Shown here in pieces: positions 37,874-46,889 of a DNA stretch of 64,000 nucleotides (its first letter is position 1; each line of letters opens with the position of its first letter). The DNA is taken from assembly GCA_039630085.1 (NCBI GenBank), contig JBCNVM010000005.1:14122-78121 (forward strand), read 5' to 3'. The stretch comes from Candidatus Caldarchaeales archaeon (GTDB taxonomy: Archaea; Thermoproteota; Nitrososphaeria_A; Caldarchaeales; Calditenuaceae). The position numbers and the translations under genes are program-made. The notes below the pieces were generated by a model that saw only the letters and a program-made list of their open reading frames with translations, did not search any database and was not told where the DNA came from.

Positions 37874-39085
37874 TTGACCCGCTTCCCGATCGCCGCAGCC
37901 CTCGCGTTAGCGGCCGCCCTCCTCTCGCCGCACCTCCAGCCCGCCCTCTCGTCCCCGTCTCTGGTCGTCTTGGTCCTGAACGCCGAGCACGTCGTTCACG
38001 AGCTCAGGGTAGTGATAGAGGGGCCGATGGGGACGCTCGCCTACGAGGGGAGGACATCGGTCACGCTCTCGGGGGTCATCAGGGGCGTCTACAGGATCTC
38101 GGTGTACTGGAGGTCCCACCTGATCGCCTCGAGGGCGGTCGCGGTAAACGTCGAGAACGTCGTCGAGACGATCGAGCTGCCGTTCTTCGACTTCGCGCTG
38201 AGGGTCGTAGACCTGAACGGCGCGGAGCTGCCTGGCCCCTTTGCGGTCAAAGTCGAACCTCCGGACGCGCTCGGGGAGGTCAGGGTCGTCGGCGGCTCGA
38301 TCCTCTTCAGGAACGCGCTGAGGACGCTCCACTACTCGGTGTCTGTCGAGTGGGAGAGCAGGGTCTACAACAGGAAGGCCCTCGGAGTAGGAGCGGGGTC
38401 GGGCGAGGACCTGAGCAGGAGGGGCGTCGTCGTTCTCCCCGTCGGCGACGTTAGGGTCACGGTGATAGACCGGGGAGGCAAAGGGATCGGCGGGGCTGTC
38501 GTCAGGGCGATGGGCGTAAGCTCCGCGACCGACGATGGCGGCGCGGTTGTCCTCAGGAGGGTGCCGCTTGAGGGGCCGGAGGGGCCGAACAGCCTCCCGG
38601 TGACCGTGACCTACGAGGGCTACGAGGTCGCCAGCGAGGTCCTCCTGCTCAGGAGGGAGGTCAGGTCGTTCACCGTGACCGCGTCGGTCTACGAGTTGAC
38701 CGTCTCCGTGCTCGGCGCGAACGGCCAACCGCTTCCGGGTGCTAAGGCATCGCTCGTCAGGGAAGGGTCCGAGGTCGGTACGGCTTTCGCGGACCTTGGA
38801 GGCGTCGCGAGGCTCAGCAGGGTCATTCCGGTCAAGCACTTCCTAAGGGTCGATTACAAGGGCCTCTCCGCGGTCAAGGAGCTCTCGCCAGAGGCGGTGA
38901 GGCGCGGGTCGGCCGAGGTGAGGCTCCCGGTGTACGTCGAGATCGGTGGCGTCCCGTTCACGTTCGAGCAGCTCGTCGGCCTCATCGTCGGCACGGCGGG
39001 CGCCGTCGCCTCGATCGTTATCGGGATAACCCTCCTCGTCAAGTCCAAGACCAGGAAGCTGCGGGTCGCGGGGCCTATCTGCTGA
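37874..39085 (+). CDS. secreted, C-terminally membrane-anchored protein with repeated Ig-like/CarboxypepD_reg-like beta domains
   Basis: Signal peptide, repeated roughly 80-aa beta-rich modules, a C-terminal TM helix plus basic tail (LVKSKTRKLR). Confidence 0.55.
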   Translation: MTRFPIAAALALAAALLSPHLQPALSSPSLVVLVLNAEHVVHELRVVIEGPMGTLAYEGRTSVTLSGVIRGVYRISVYWRSHLIASRAVAVNVENVVETIELPFFDFALRVVDLNGAELPGPFAVKVEPPDALGEVRVVGGSILFRNALRTLHYSVSVEWESRVYNRKALGVGAGSGEDLSRRGVVVLPVGDVRVTVIDRGGKGIGGAVVRAMGVSSATDDGGAVVLRRVPLEGPEGPNSLPVTVTYEGYEVASEVLLLRREVRSFTVTASVYELTVSVLGANGQPLPGAKASLVREGSEVGTAFADLGGVARLSRVIPVKHFLRVDYKGLSAVKELSPEAVRRGSAEVRLPVYVEIGGVPFTFEQLVGLIVGTAGAVASIVIGITLLVKSKTRKLRVAGPIC

Positions 39086-39944
39086 CCGGGTGCCACTGCC
39101 TCGGGTAGCGCCAGTCGGAGCCGTGGGACCTGAACCCGACCCTGAAGACCTCGGGCATCATCCGCTTGTGCTGGCTCGACCTGACCATCCTCTCGACCCT
39201 CTCCACCAGCGAAACGTCCACCCCCAGCTCCTCCGCCACCTTCTGTGATTCCTTCCACATGTCGAACCTGAGGTAGAGGATGCTGTCGAGGAGCTCGTAG
39301 CTCATCCCGATCTCGTCGGCCGCGAGGTGGTCCTTCCAGAGCCTAGGAGAGGGCGGCTTCGTCAGGACCCTCTCCGGTATTCCCATGTGCCTCCCGAGCT
39401 GCCTCACCTGCGTCTTGTAGAGGTCCGCGATGGGCATCACGTCGACCCCGGCGTCGCCGTACTTGGTGAAGTAACCGATCGTCAGCTCGGACTTGTCGCT
39501 GGTCCCGATGACGAGGCTGTCCGTGCTCGCGGCGACCGCGTGGAGGAAGACCATCCTCACCCTCGCGGCGACGTTGCCCTTGATGACCTTGTCAGCAACT
39601 CCCGCCCTCGCGGATATCTCCTCCACGACCGAGTCCACGTCGATGACCCTGTAGTTGGACTCTGGGATCGAGAGCTCCCTCACGACCGTCAGGGCGTCCT
39701 CCAGGTCCTCCTCCGGTGTGACCGAGGTCGGCAGTATTAGGCACCTCACCCTCTCCGGACCGAGCGCCCTCACCGCGAGGTACGCGGTCACCGTCGAGTC
39801 CAGTCCCCCGCTCAGCCCGATCACACCCCCGGACTTCCCGGCGTGGTCGAGGACGTACTGCCTCAGCCGCCTCGTGAGGTAGTCAGCGACGAACTCCGCG
39901 TCGATCTCGAGCTCCCTTATCGGGATCTGCCGCAAATCCCGCAC
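39075..39944 (-). CDS. nadE: NH3-dependent NAD+ synthetase
   Basis: PP-loop SGGLDS and NadE motifs (GTSDKSELTIGYFTKYGD). Confidence 0.85.
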   Translation of the reverse strand: MRDLRQIPIRELEIDAEFVADYLTRRLRQYVLDHAGKSGGVIGLSGGLDSTVTAYLAVRALGPERVRCLILPTSVTPEEDLEDALTVVRELSIPESNYRVIDVDSVVEEISARAGVADKVIKGNVAARVRMVFLHAVAASTDSLVIGTSDKSELTIGYFTKYGDAGVDVMPIADLYKTQVRQLGRHMGIPERVLTKPPSPRLWKDHLAADEIGMSYELLDSILYLRFDMWKESQKVAEELGVDVSLVERVERMVRSSQHKRMMPEVFRVGFRSHGSDWRYPRQWHPVSR

Positions 39945-39995
39945 GCTAAGGCCGGGCCCATCCTAAAAATCTAACCCGAGAGGCACTAGGGCACG

Positions 39996-41564
39996 GTGAC
40001 GCAGGAGGTCGGGAGGTCAATACCGAAGGCGATGGCCTCGCAGCACCCAGACCACGTCTCGGCGCCTCCTTGGTCCAACGACCCGATGATCGCGGGGGAG
40101 GACGAGGTCGTCGAGGTCTACTGGGCGTACGCGGAGTACGGCGCGGACGAGGTGATGTGGGACGCGGAGGGGAAGGACATAGACCCACACGTCCTGAGGA
40201 AGCTCATCGCCTCGTACCCGGACTACTTCAGGTCGAGGAGGCTCGGGAGGGATGTCTACCTCACCTTCAGGCTCCCGAACCCATCGATCGAGGTCGTCGA
40301 GCGCAAGGTCTTCCTCGAGACGCTCCAGTCTATCCCGAGACACAACGATGTCGCCAGGGCCTTCTACGGCGACGACGGGCCTCCAGCGGTCTTCGAGGTG
40401 ATCCTGCCCTTCACGACCAGCCACGTCGAGCTCCTCAGGGTCGGGGAGAGCTACAGGAAGGCCGTCGCCGTGCCCCTGAGGGAGCGGATCGACTTCCAGG
40501 GAACTAGGCTCGCGGACTGGGTCGGCGAGATCGAGCCGGAGTCGGTGGAGGTCATACCCCTGGTCGAGGACATAGGGACGGTATCGATGCTCGAGCAGCT
40601 TCTGGTGAAGTACGCGGAGCTCGTGGGCCCGAGGTACCTCAGGGTGTTCCTGGCCAGGTCTGACCCCGCGATGAACTACGGGTTCGTAACCGCAGTCCTC
40701 CTGGCGAAGTACGGCCTCTGGGCCTGCAGGAGGGCCTCCGAGCAGCTCGGGATACCGGTCTTCCCCATCATAGGCGCCGGCTCGCTCCCGTTCAGGGGCC
40801 ACAACTCCCCGGAGAACGTCGAGGGCTTCGCGGAGGAGTACAGGGGCGTGCACACGGTAACGGTCCAGTCGGCGTTCAGGTACGACTACCCGATCGATCA
40901 GGCGAGGTCGGCGGTCTCGAGGCTGAAGTCTGCGCTCCCCGGCGGAGAGGCGAGAGAGGTCGATAGGGAGTTGATGATGAGGGTCGCCGCCAAGCTGGTC
41001 CCGGCGTTCCAGAGCAGCGTCGAGGCGGCCGCGAGGGCGATAAACCTCGTCGCTTCTTATGTCCCGCCGAGGAGGGCGAGGAGGCAGCACGTCGGGCTCT
41101 TCGGTTACAGCAGGAGGGTGGGATCGATCGCGCTGCCAAGGGCGATCCCGTTCACCGCGGCGCTCTACTCGATCGGGCTGCCGCCGGAGTTCATCGGCCT
41201 CAGAGCGCTGAGCTCTCTCAGCGAGGAGGAGTTCGACTTTCTCATGGAGACGCACGTCAACATCAGGGAGGACCTCGAGGCCGCCGCGAGGCGGGTCAGC
41301 TGGGAGAGCGTCTCCCTCTTCAGCGAGAACAGGGAGGAGGCGAGGAGCGCGTTCGGCCCCGAGTTCGTCGAGCGGTTCGTCCCGAGCTACGTCGAGGACC
41401 TCAGCACAGCCGAGGAGACGCTCGGCGTGAAGGCCGGCCCGCGATCCCTCTCCGACAGGGTCTACCTCAACGCCGTCGAGAGCGTCGCGGTCTCCCTCCT
41501 CACCGGGCTCGACCCGAGGCAGGAGCTCATCAGGGCCGCATCGCTGCGCCGCTCCCTCGGGTGA
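39996..41564 (+). CDS. ppcA: phosphoenolpyruvate carboxylase, archaeal type
   Basis: Archaeal-PEPC N-terminus (MASQHPD). The probable start is the ATG at 40032. Length about 510 aa. Confidence 0.8.
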   Translation: MTQEVGRSIPKAMASQHPDHVSAPPWSNDPMIAGEDEVVEVYWAYAEYGADEVMWDAEGKDIDPHVLRKLIASYPDYFRSRRLGRDVYLTFRLPNPSIEVVERKVFLETLQSIPRHNDVARAFYGDDGPPAVFEVILPFTTSHVELLRVGESYRKAVAVPLRERIDFQGTRLADWVGEIEPESVEVIPLVEDIGTVSMLEQLLVKYAELVGPRYLRVFLARSDPAMNYGFVTAVLLAKYGLWACRRASEQLGIPVFPIIGAGSLPFRGHNSPENVEGFAEEYRGVHTVTVQSAFRYDYPIDQARSAVSRLKSALPGGEAREVDRELMMRVAAKLVPAFQSSVEAAARAINLVASYVPPRRARRQHVGLFGYSRRVGSIALPRAIPFTAALYSIGLPPEFIGLRALSSLSEEEFDFLMETHVNIREDLEAAARRVSWESVSLFSENREEARSAFGPEFVERFVPSYVEDLSTAEETLGVKAGPRSLSDRVYLNAVESVAVSLLTGLDPRQELIRAASLRRSLG

Positions 41565-41608
41565 GCTCCGGTCCCGTCGGGTCCTGACAACGCTAAAGCC
41601 TGCGACGC

Positions 41609-41914
41609 GTGCCGGGTGCCGTGGCCTCTCAGCAGGGTGCGAAGAGGTACGTCGCGAGGCTCGAGGTCGAGAGTGGGGTCGCGGCGGACGTCGTCTCCGA
41701 GGTCCTGAGGAGGTTCGGGCGCTCGGTGACCGGGGTCTTCGTCGGCGGGGAAGCGGGAGGCTCCAGGGAGGTCTACGTGGAGCTGGAGTGCGAAGAGGTT
41801 GTCCTCGCGGAGTTCGTCGAGATTCTGAGGAGGAGGGGCGGGGTGAGCGCCCTCACGGTGAGGGGCCTTGAGGGGCTGATGGACTTCGCTTCGCCCTGGA
41901 GGAGGGCCCTCTGA
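41609..41914 (+). CDS. hypothetical protein
   Basis: 101-aa ORF with no domain call. Confidence 0.3.
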   Translation: MPGAVASQQGAKRYVARLEVESGVAADVVSEVLRRFGRSVTGVFVGGEAGGSREVYVELECEEVVLAEFVEILRRRGGVSALTVRGLEGLMDFASPWRRAL

Positions 41915-41918
41915 CGCC

Positions 41919-42872
41919 TCAGGGCAGCTTCCTCCTGAGCCAGCCCATTATCGCGTCGATCGGGTTTACCGAGGGCGGGTTCGTGGAGATCTTCGGACCC
42001 GCGAGGGCCAGCGGGTGGTAGACCAGTCCGGTCCTCGAGGTCGAAGAGAGCTCGAAGTCCGGGGTCATCTCGAGGGCGTAGAACGGGCACGCGTCGACGC
42101 AGAACCCGCAGAAGACGCACCTGCCGTAGTCGACTGAGGGGAAGTAGGACTTCTTGTTGACAGGTATGTTCATGTTCCTCTTCTCGACCCGCAGGGTCAC
42201 GGTGGCACCGTCCTTCGAGAGCTCGTAGACGGACCTGTCCGGAGACTCGTCCTTCACCAGCCTCACCTCGTAGCCCTCCGAGATCAGCGCCCTGAAGGGG
42301 TCCTCGAGGTAGTTCGTGACCAGCTGGTCGAGGCCGTGCGCCCAGACCGCGTCGGCGTTGAGCCTCATCGAGTACCCTGACTGGCCCTTCGTCACGGCCT
42401 TGAGGTCCGTCAGGACCGGCGCGATCGGGTGCGAGAACCCTCCCCTGTATTCGTCCGAGATGTACCTGGTGAACCCCTCCGCGATCAGGTCGACGGCCCT
42501 AGTCACCGGAGAGCCCCTCTTCCCCAGCTCCGCGTAGGCCGGCTCGGCCATCTCGAGGTAGACGTCGTAGGCGTAGACCATCGTTATCGCCTCGGCGATG
42601 TTCTGGCAAGCGATGTCGCAGAGGCTGCACCCAGTGCACTTGTCGATCCTCAGCAGGTGCCTGCCCTTCGACCCCGGATAAGCGACCCCGGCCTTCGGGT
42701 CGTACCTGTAGTTCTCCTGGAGCGCGCTCGGAATCCGCTCGTAAGGGTACTTGAACGTGTAGGGCTTCGCGAAGACGTGCTTGGCCGCGGTCCAGAGGGG
42801 CCCCAGCACCTCCTTCAGCGTGACCATTCGGGACTCGCTCACACTCGCCGATAATAAATTGAACTGATGCAC
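41919..42872 (-). CDS. NuoI/FpoI-like 2x[4Fe-4S] ferredoxin-domain protein with a large insertion
   Basis: First cluster motif CTGCSLCDIAC and second CVFCGFCVDACP (NuoI-type) are separated by about 170 residues. Confidence 0.6.
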   Translation of the reverse strand: MHQFNLLSASVSESRMVTLKEVLGPLWTAAKHVFAKPYTFKYPYERIPSALQENYRYDPKAGVAYPGSKGRHLLRIDKCTGCSLCDIACQNIAEAITMVYAYDVYLEMAEPAYAELGKRGSPVTRAVDLIAEGFTRYISDEYRGGFSHPIAPVLTDLKAVTKGQSGYSMRLNADAVWAHGLDQLVTNYLEDPFRALISEGYEVRLVKDESPDRSVYELSKDGATVTLRVEKRNMNIPVNKKSYFPSVDYGRCVFCGFCVDACPFYALEMTPDFELSSTSRTGLVYHPLALAGPKISTNPPSVNPIDAIMGWLRRKLP

Positions 42873-42930
42873 GTGCGTCCGGTCTGAGGCCGACGTTCAG
42901 GTTTTTATCAAGCGCGAGCGGGACGGCGAC

Positions 42931-43371
42931 GTGAAGTTCGAGGGCTCCTTCGAGCTCGACGCTCCACCCGAGAAGTTCTTCAGGGTCGCGAGCGACCCGA
43001 AGCAGTTCAGCAAGGCGATCCCCGACGTCAGGAGGGTCACGGTGATCGACGAGAGGCAGTTTGCCGTCGAGTTCGTGGTCTCCCTGGGTCCGATTAGGGG
43101 GAACATGAAGGTCGACTTCAGGTACGAGGACCTCACGCCCTACAGCAGGGTCGCGGTCGTGGGGAAGGGCGGCGGGCTCCAGTCGACGGTCAACGTGAGG
43201 ATCGACGCACAGGTGGAGCCGACTGAGAGGGGTTCGAGGGTCAGGTGGGCCGCGGACCTTACGGTCGGCGGGCTGGTGGCCAGTGTGGGCGGGAGGTTGA
43301 TCGAGAGCGTGACGAAGGAGAAGGTGACCGAGATCATAGAGAACCTGAGGAAGATGGTCGAGAAGGGTTGA
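42931..43371 (+). CDS. SRPBCC-superfamily protein, CoxG-like
   Basis: 146 aa with CoxG/polyketide-cyclase-like beta-grip pattern. Confidence 0.55.
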   Translation: MKFEGSFELDAPPEKFFRVASDPKQFSKAIPDVRRVTVIDERQFAVEFVVSLGPIRGNMKVDFRYEDLTPYSRVAVVGKGGGLQSTVNVRIDAQVEPTERGSRVRWAADLTVGGLVASVGGRLIESVTKEKVTEIIENLRKMVEKG

Positions 43372-43385
43372 TGCCCTGACCCGCG

Positions 43386-44540
43386 TCAGCCCGTGATGCT
43401 GTGGTACCACCTCAGTATGTACTCCGGCAGCTTGAGTCCCCTCTCCTGCAGCCTCTCGACCAGCAGGATCGGCACGGGGCTGGTCGCGAACGCGGCCTTG
43501 ATGTAGAAGTCGTTCGGCGCACCGGGCTCGGCGTCCGTCTCGATCCTGAAGGTGTGATCTGAGAGCGACTCGAGCGTCGTGTTGCTCTTCCCGACTATCG
43601 AGAGGACCGTTCCCCCGAGCTTCCTGAAGTTCCTGCACCACGAGACAACGACCTCGGTCTCACCGCTGTAGGATATCACGAGGAGGACGTCCCCGGCCCG
43701 AGGAGGCGGCGTGCTCGACTCCCCCGCGACGTAGACCTGGTCGCCGATCGCCCTCTTCACGTGCCCGAGCCTCACGGCTATCATCCTGCCCACCTCCCTC
43801 CCGCTCCCGAGACCCGCGAAGAAGGCGAGGTTCCTCCTCTCCAGGAGCTCGACGAGCGTCTTGGTGAAGTCGCTGCCGACGAAGGACTCCGCGATGCCGT
43901 TGGTCTCGTTCATCAGCCTCTGTACCCTCTCCCTGATCTCGTAGGGCCTGCCGGTGTAGAGGGACTCCGCTATTGCCTGGAGGACGAGGCTAGCGCCGAG
44001 GATGAAGACGTCCTCGAGGATCCCGACGGACTTGAAGGCCGAAGTGTCGACCGCGTCCTCGTCGATCTCGCGGCCCCTCACGGTCAGGCAGGTCCCGAAG
44101 TCCCTCCCCAGCCTGCCGAGCGGCGAGTTCGGGTCGCTCGTGACGACGTCCACGCTGAACTCCCTCCTCCTTCCGGTCTTGGTGATGTATAGCGCGAGCT
44201 TCTGGGCGTCCACCAGCGGCACCAGAGACCTCCCGCTCCCCGAGAGGACAAGCAGCGAGAGCTTGCCGTAGCGCTCCCAGAGGATGGGCGCAGCGCCGTC
44301 CATGTCCCGGTCGGGGAAGCCGACGTCGGCCCTGTCCATCACGACCTTCCCTCCCCTCATCTTCGCGATCTCGGAGCAGACGATGCTCAGGGCGCCCTTG
44401 CTCCTCCCCTCGCCGTTGAGCACCACCACGCCGGCTCCCTTCAGCGACGCGTAGAGCGCTGCGGCCTCGTCCCAGTCGACCTGCGAGACGTTCTCGAATA
44501 CCTGGTTCATGTAACCGATGGAGCTCTTCGGGATCAGCAT
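43386..44540 (-). CDS. double SIS-domain sugar-phosphate isomerase/aminotransferase-like protein (AgaS/GlmS C-terminal-like)
   Basis: Two SIS modules (VVVLNGEGRSKGALS; VLLVISYSGETE). Confidence 0.55.
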   Translation of the reverse strand: MLIPKSSIGYMNQVFENVSQVDWDEAAALYASLKGAGVVVLNGEGRSKGALSIVCSEIAKMRGGKVVMDRADVGFPDRDMDGAAPILWERYGKLSLLVLSGSGRSLVPLVDAQKLALYITKTGRRREFSVDVVTSDPNSPLGRLGRDFGTCLTVRGREIDEDAVDTSAFKSVGILEDVFILGASLVLQAIAESLYTGRPYEIRERVQRLMNETNGIAESFVGSDFTKTLVELLERRNLAFFAGLGSGREVGRMIAVRLGHVKRAIGDQVYVAGESSTPPPRAGDVLLVISYSGETEVVVSWCRNFRKLGGTVLSIVGKSNTTLESLSDHTFRIETDAEPGAPNDFYIKAAFATSPVPILLVERLQERGLKLPEYILRWYHSITG

Positions 44541-44667
44541 CCCTCGGCCCTACCGGATCTCGCCGTGATTTAAGCATGGGAGCTCCGCAAGTGGATCGAG
44601 CGCGGCCTCGGGCTTCCGTATGGGTAACGTACCTTAATATAACGAGCGGAGCTGTAGTGCCCGGGAC

Positions 44668-45276
44668 ATGGCGTTTCAGTACCCGTTCCCCGGAGCGACG
44701 ACGCTCGGCATCAGGGGCAGGGACGCGGTGGTGCTGGCCTCGGAGAAGCGGCTGACCTACGGCTACTTCGTCGTCTCTAAGAACGTCCGGAAGGTCTTCC
44801 AGGTAACCCCGAAGGTCGGAGCGGCCTGCGCGGGCCTAGTCTCGGACATGCAGAACCTCGTCAGGGACGTGAGGTTCCTCGTGAACCTGTACGTCATCGA
44901 GGAGAAGAGGCAGCCCTCGGTCAACTCGATCGCGAAGGTGATGTCGAACCTCCTCTTCGGGAGCAGGTACTTCCCGTACCTGACCGAGGCAATCGTGGGC
45001 GGCTTCGACGACAAGGGGCCGCACGTGATAGTGCTCGACGCGATGGGCTCGATGATCGAGGACGACTACGCGGTCGTCGGATCGGGCGCGGAGATCGCGG
45101 TCGGCGTGCTCGAGGGCGAGTACAGGCCCGAGATGGGCTCCCAGGAGATCTACTCGCTCGCGATCAAGGCCCTCAGGGCGTCCATGGCCAGGGACAGCGG
45201 CAGCGGGAACGGCATAGACATCCTCCTCATCGGAAGCGGCGGTATCCTCAAGGACGAGACCGTCCCCGTGAGCTGA
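44668..45276 (+). CDS. psmB: proteasome beta subunit (with propeptide; catalytic Thr after G-TTLGI)
   Basis: Ntn-hydrolase motifs (GATTLGIRG, GSGA). TATA (cttaatataacg) about 28 nt upstream. Confidence 0.9.
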   Translation: MAFQYPFPGATTLGIRGRDAVVLASEKRLTYGYFVVSKNVRKVFQVTPKVGAACAGLVSDMQNLVRDVRFLVNLYVIEEKRQPSVNSIAKVMSNLLFGSRYFPYLTEAIVGGFDDKGPHVIVLDAMGSMIEDDYAVVGSGAEIAVGVLEGEYRPEMGSQEIYSLAIKALRASMARDSGSGNGIDILLIGSGGILKDETVPVS

Positions 45277-45310
45277 GCCCCCCTGGTCTGGGCTGCACAG
45301 ACTTTACGCG

Positions 45311-45344
45311 GTTTAAACTATATCAGATGGTATAACGCCGTTAT
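45311..45344 (+). promoter_or_regulatory. rbkR promoter: TATA gtttaaactatat followed by the palindrome ATAACG-C-CGTTAT between TATA and the start codon
   Basis: Palindrome at 45332-45344. The ATG at 45351 implies a leaderless transcript with the operator over the TSS. Confidence 0.55.
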
Positions 45345-45350
45345 GGATGC

Positions 45351-46079
45351 ATGGCCCTGAACCTAGTGGCCATCAAGGCCCTCCTGAACCTCTACGCCCA
45401 GAACGGGTTCTCCAGCAGCGTCAAGGTCTCAACTCCCGCGCTCGCGAAGGCGCTCGGGACCTCGCAGCAGTCGGCCTCAAGGATCCTAATCAGGCTCGAG
45501 AAGGAGGGGCTGATCGAGAGGCGGTCCGTGGGCAGGATGACGTACGTGAGGGTGACGGAGCTCGGCCTCAACAGGCTGCTGGACCTATATACTGACCTGA
45601 GGGTCGTGATCGAAAGGCCGATGGACTTCGTGCTCGAGGGCAGGGTCTTCACGGGCTTCGGCGAGGGCGGTTATTACGTCTCGCTGCCGCAATACAGGCA
45701 GCAGTTCAGGGAGAAGCTGGGGTTCGACCCCTACCCGGGGACGCTGAACGTCAGGCTCCTCTCGGTCGACTCGATACACAACAGGAGGCTCCTCAGTAGG
45801 ATCGCCGACGTCAGGATCGAGGGCTTCAGGAACGGCAACAGGACCTACGGCGGCCTCAAGGCGATCAGCGGGACCTTCAACGACTCCGAGCTATGCGCGG
45901 TGCTGTTCATCGAGCGGACTCACTACGGCGACGACGTCGTGGAGATCATCTCGCCGGTCTACCTCAGGGGGAGGTTCGGCCTGAAGGACGGCGACAAGGT
46001 CAGGGTCCGGGTCACGATACCCAAGGAGAAGGTCGAGCGCGAGCAGGTCGGCGGCGAGCTCGTGAGCGTCGGTCCCTGA
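45351..46079 (+). CDS. rbkR: bifunctional winged-helix transcription regulator / CTP-dependent riboflavin kinase (RbkR-type)
   Basis: N-terminal wHTH (LAKALGTSQQSASRILIRLEKEGLI) fused to an archaeal RibK (MJ0056/DUF120) domain (FTGFGEGGYYVSLPQYRQQFREKLGFDPYPGTLNVRL…). Confidence 0.8.
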   Translation: MALNLVAIKALLNLYAQNGFSSSVKVSTPALAKALGTSQQSASRILIRLEKEGLIERRSVGRMTYVRVTELGLNRLLDLYTDLRVVIERPMDFVLEGRVFTGFGEGGYYVSLPQYRQQFREKLGFDPYPGTLNVRLLSVDSIHNRRLLSRIADVRIEGFRNGNRTYGGLKAISGTFNDSELCAVLFIERTHYGDDVVEIISPVYLRGRFGLKDGDKVRVRVTIPKEKVEREQVGGELVSVGP

Positions 46080-46141
46080 GCGGCCCGAGAGGAGCGGCTT
46101 AAATCGAGGGCTTTGAGCTCAACGGCGGAGGTGCGTCGGAT

Positions 46142-46888
46142 TTGGATCTGGTCGAGGACCACGCGGAGTTCGTGAGGGGCAAGAAGGTCCTGCTGGACCT
46201 CTCTCCCGGCCCCGGAGCGGTCGGCATGATCTTCGCGAACGTCCTCCTGGAGCAGAAAGGATTCAGGAGGGTGAAGTCCCTCTTCTCGCCGCACTTCCCA
46301 CAGGTCTGCCTGATCGACAGCGAGGGGGTCTCCAGCCTCCCCAAGGTCGAGGTCTATCAGTACGCGGACTCGGTCAACGCGGTAGTCCTCGTGAGGAACT
46401 TCGTCGTCGATTCAACGGAGGCCGGCGAGTCGGTCTCGGAGAAGCTCGTGAGGGAATTGGACGTCTCTCAGGACGACCTACTCATCGTGGTCTCGAGCAG
46501 CAGATTGACGGGTACCGGTGACCTTTACGTCGCCTCCACCGACCAGGAGCTCCTCAGGAGGGCCGTGGCCCTAGGCGCCAAGATGGCGCCCTTCATGGAC
46601 GCGCTGCCGATGGACAGGCTCTCGTCGGCGTTGCTGAGGAGGTGCGTGATCTCAGGCGCGAAGACGATGTTCATCGTGGCCGACACTGAGGCCTTCATGC
46701 CCGACTTCAGGGCCTCGAAGAGGCTCGCGCAGCTGATCTCGTCCCTTTTCGGGATCCAGATCGACACCGCGAGGTTTGACGAAGAGATCGCGAAGCAGCA
46801 GAAGTTCATCCAGCAGATGGAGAGGGCCGTTAGGGGAATGCTAGAGCACGGGGAGGAAGAGGAGAGGAGGCCTTCCTACATCGGGTGA
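46142..46888 (+). CDS. proteasome assembly chaperone, PAC2 family (COG1938)
   Basis: PAC2-like alpha/beta composition and length, adjacent to psmB. Sequence-motif support is weak. Confidence 0.45.
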   Translation: MDLVEDHAEFVRGKKVLLDLSPGPGAVGMIFANVLLEQKGFRRVKSLFSPHFPQVCLIDSEGVSSLPKVEVYQYADSVNAVVLVRNFVVDSTEAGESVSEKLVRELDVSQDDLLIVVSSSRLTGTGDLYVASTDQELLRRAVALGAKMAPFMDALPMDRLSSALLRRCVISGAKTMFIVADTEAFMPDFRASKRLAQLISSLFGIQIDTARFDEEIAKQQKFIQQMERAVRGMLEHGEEEERRPSYIG

Positions 46889-46889
46889 C

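Noticed and set aside
46142-46888. Calling the gene after psmB a definite proteasome assembly chaperone
   Set aside because: Kept only as a low-confidence feature. The assignment rests on size, neighbourhood and a weak resemblance to PAC2/COG1938, not on diagnostic motifs.
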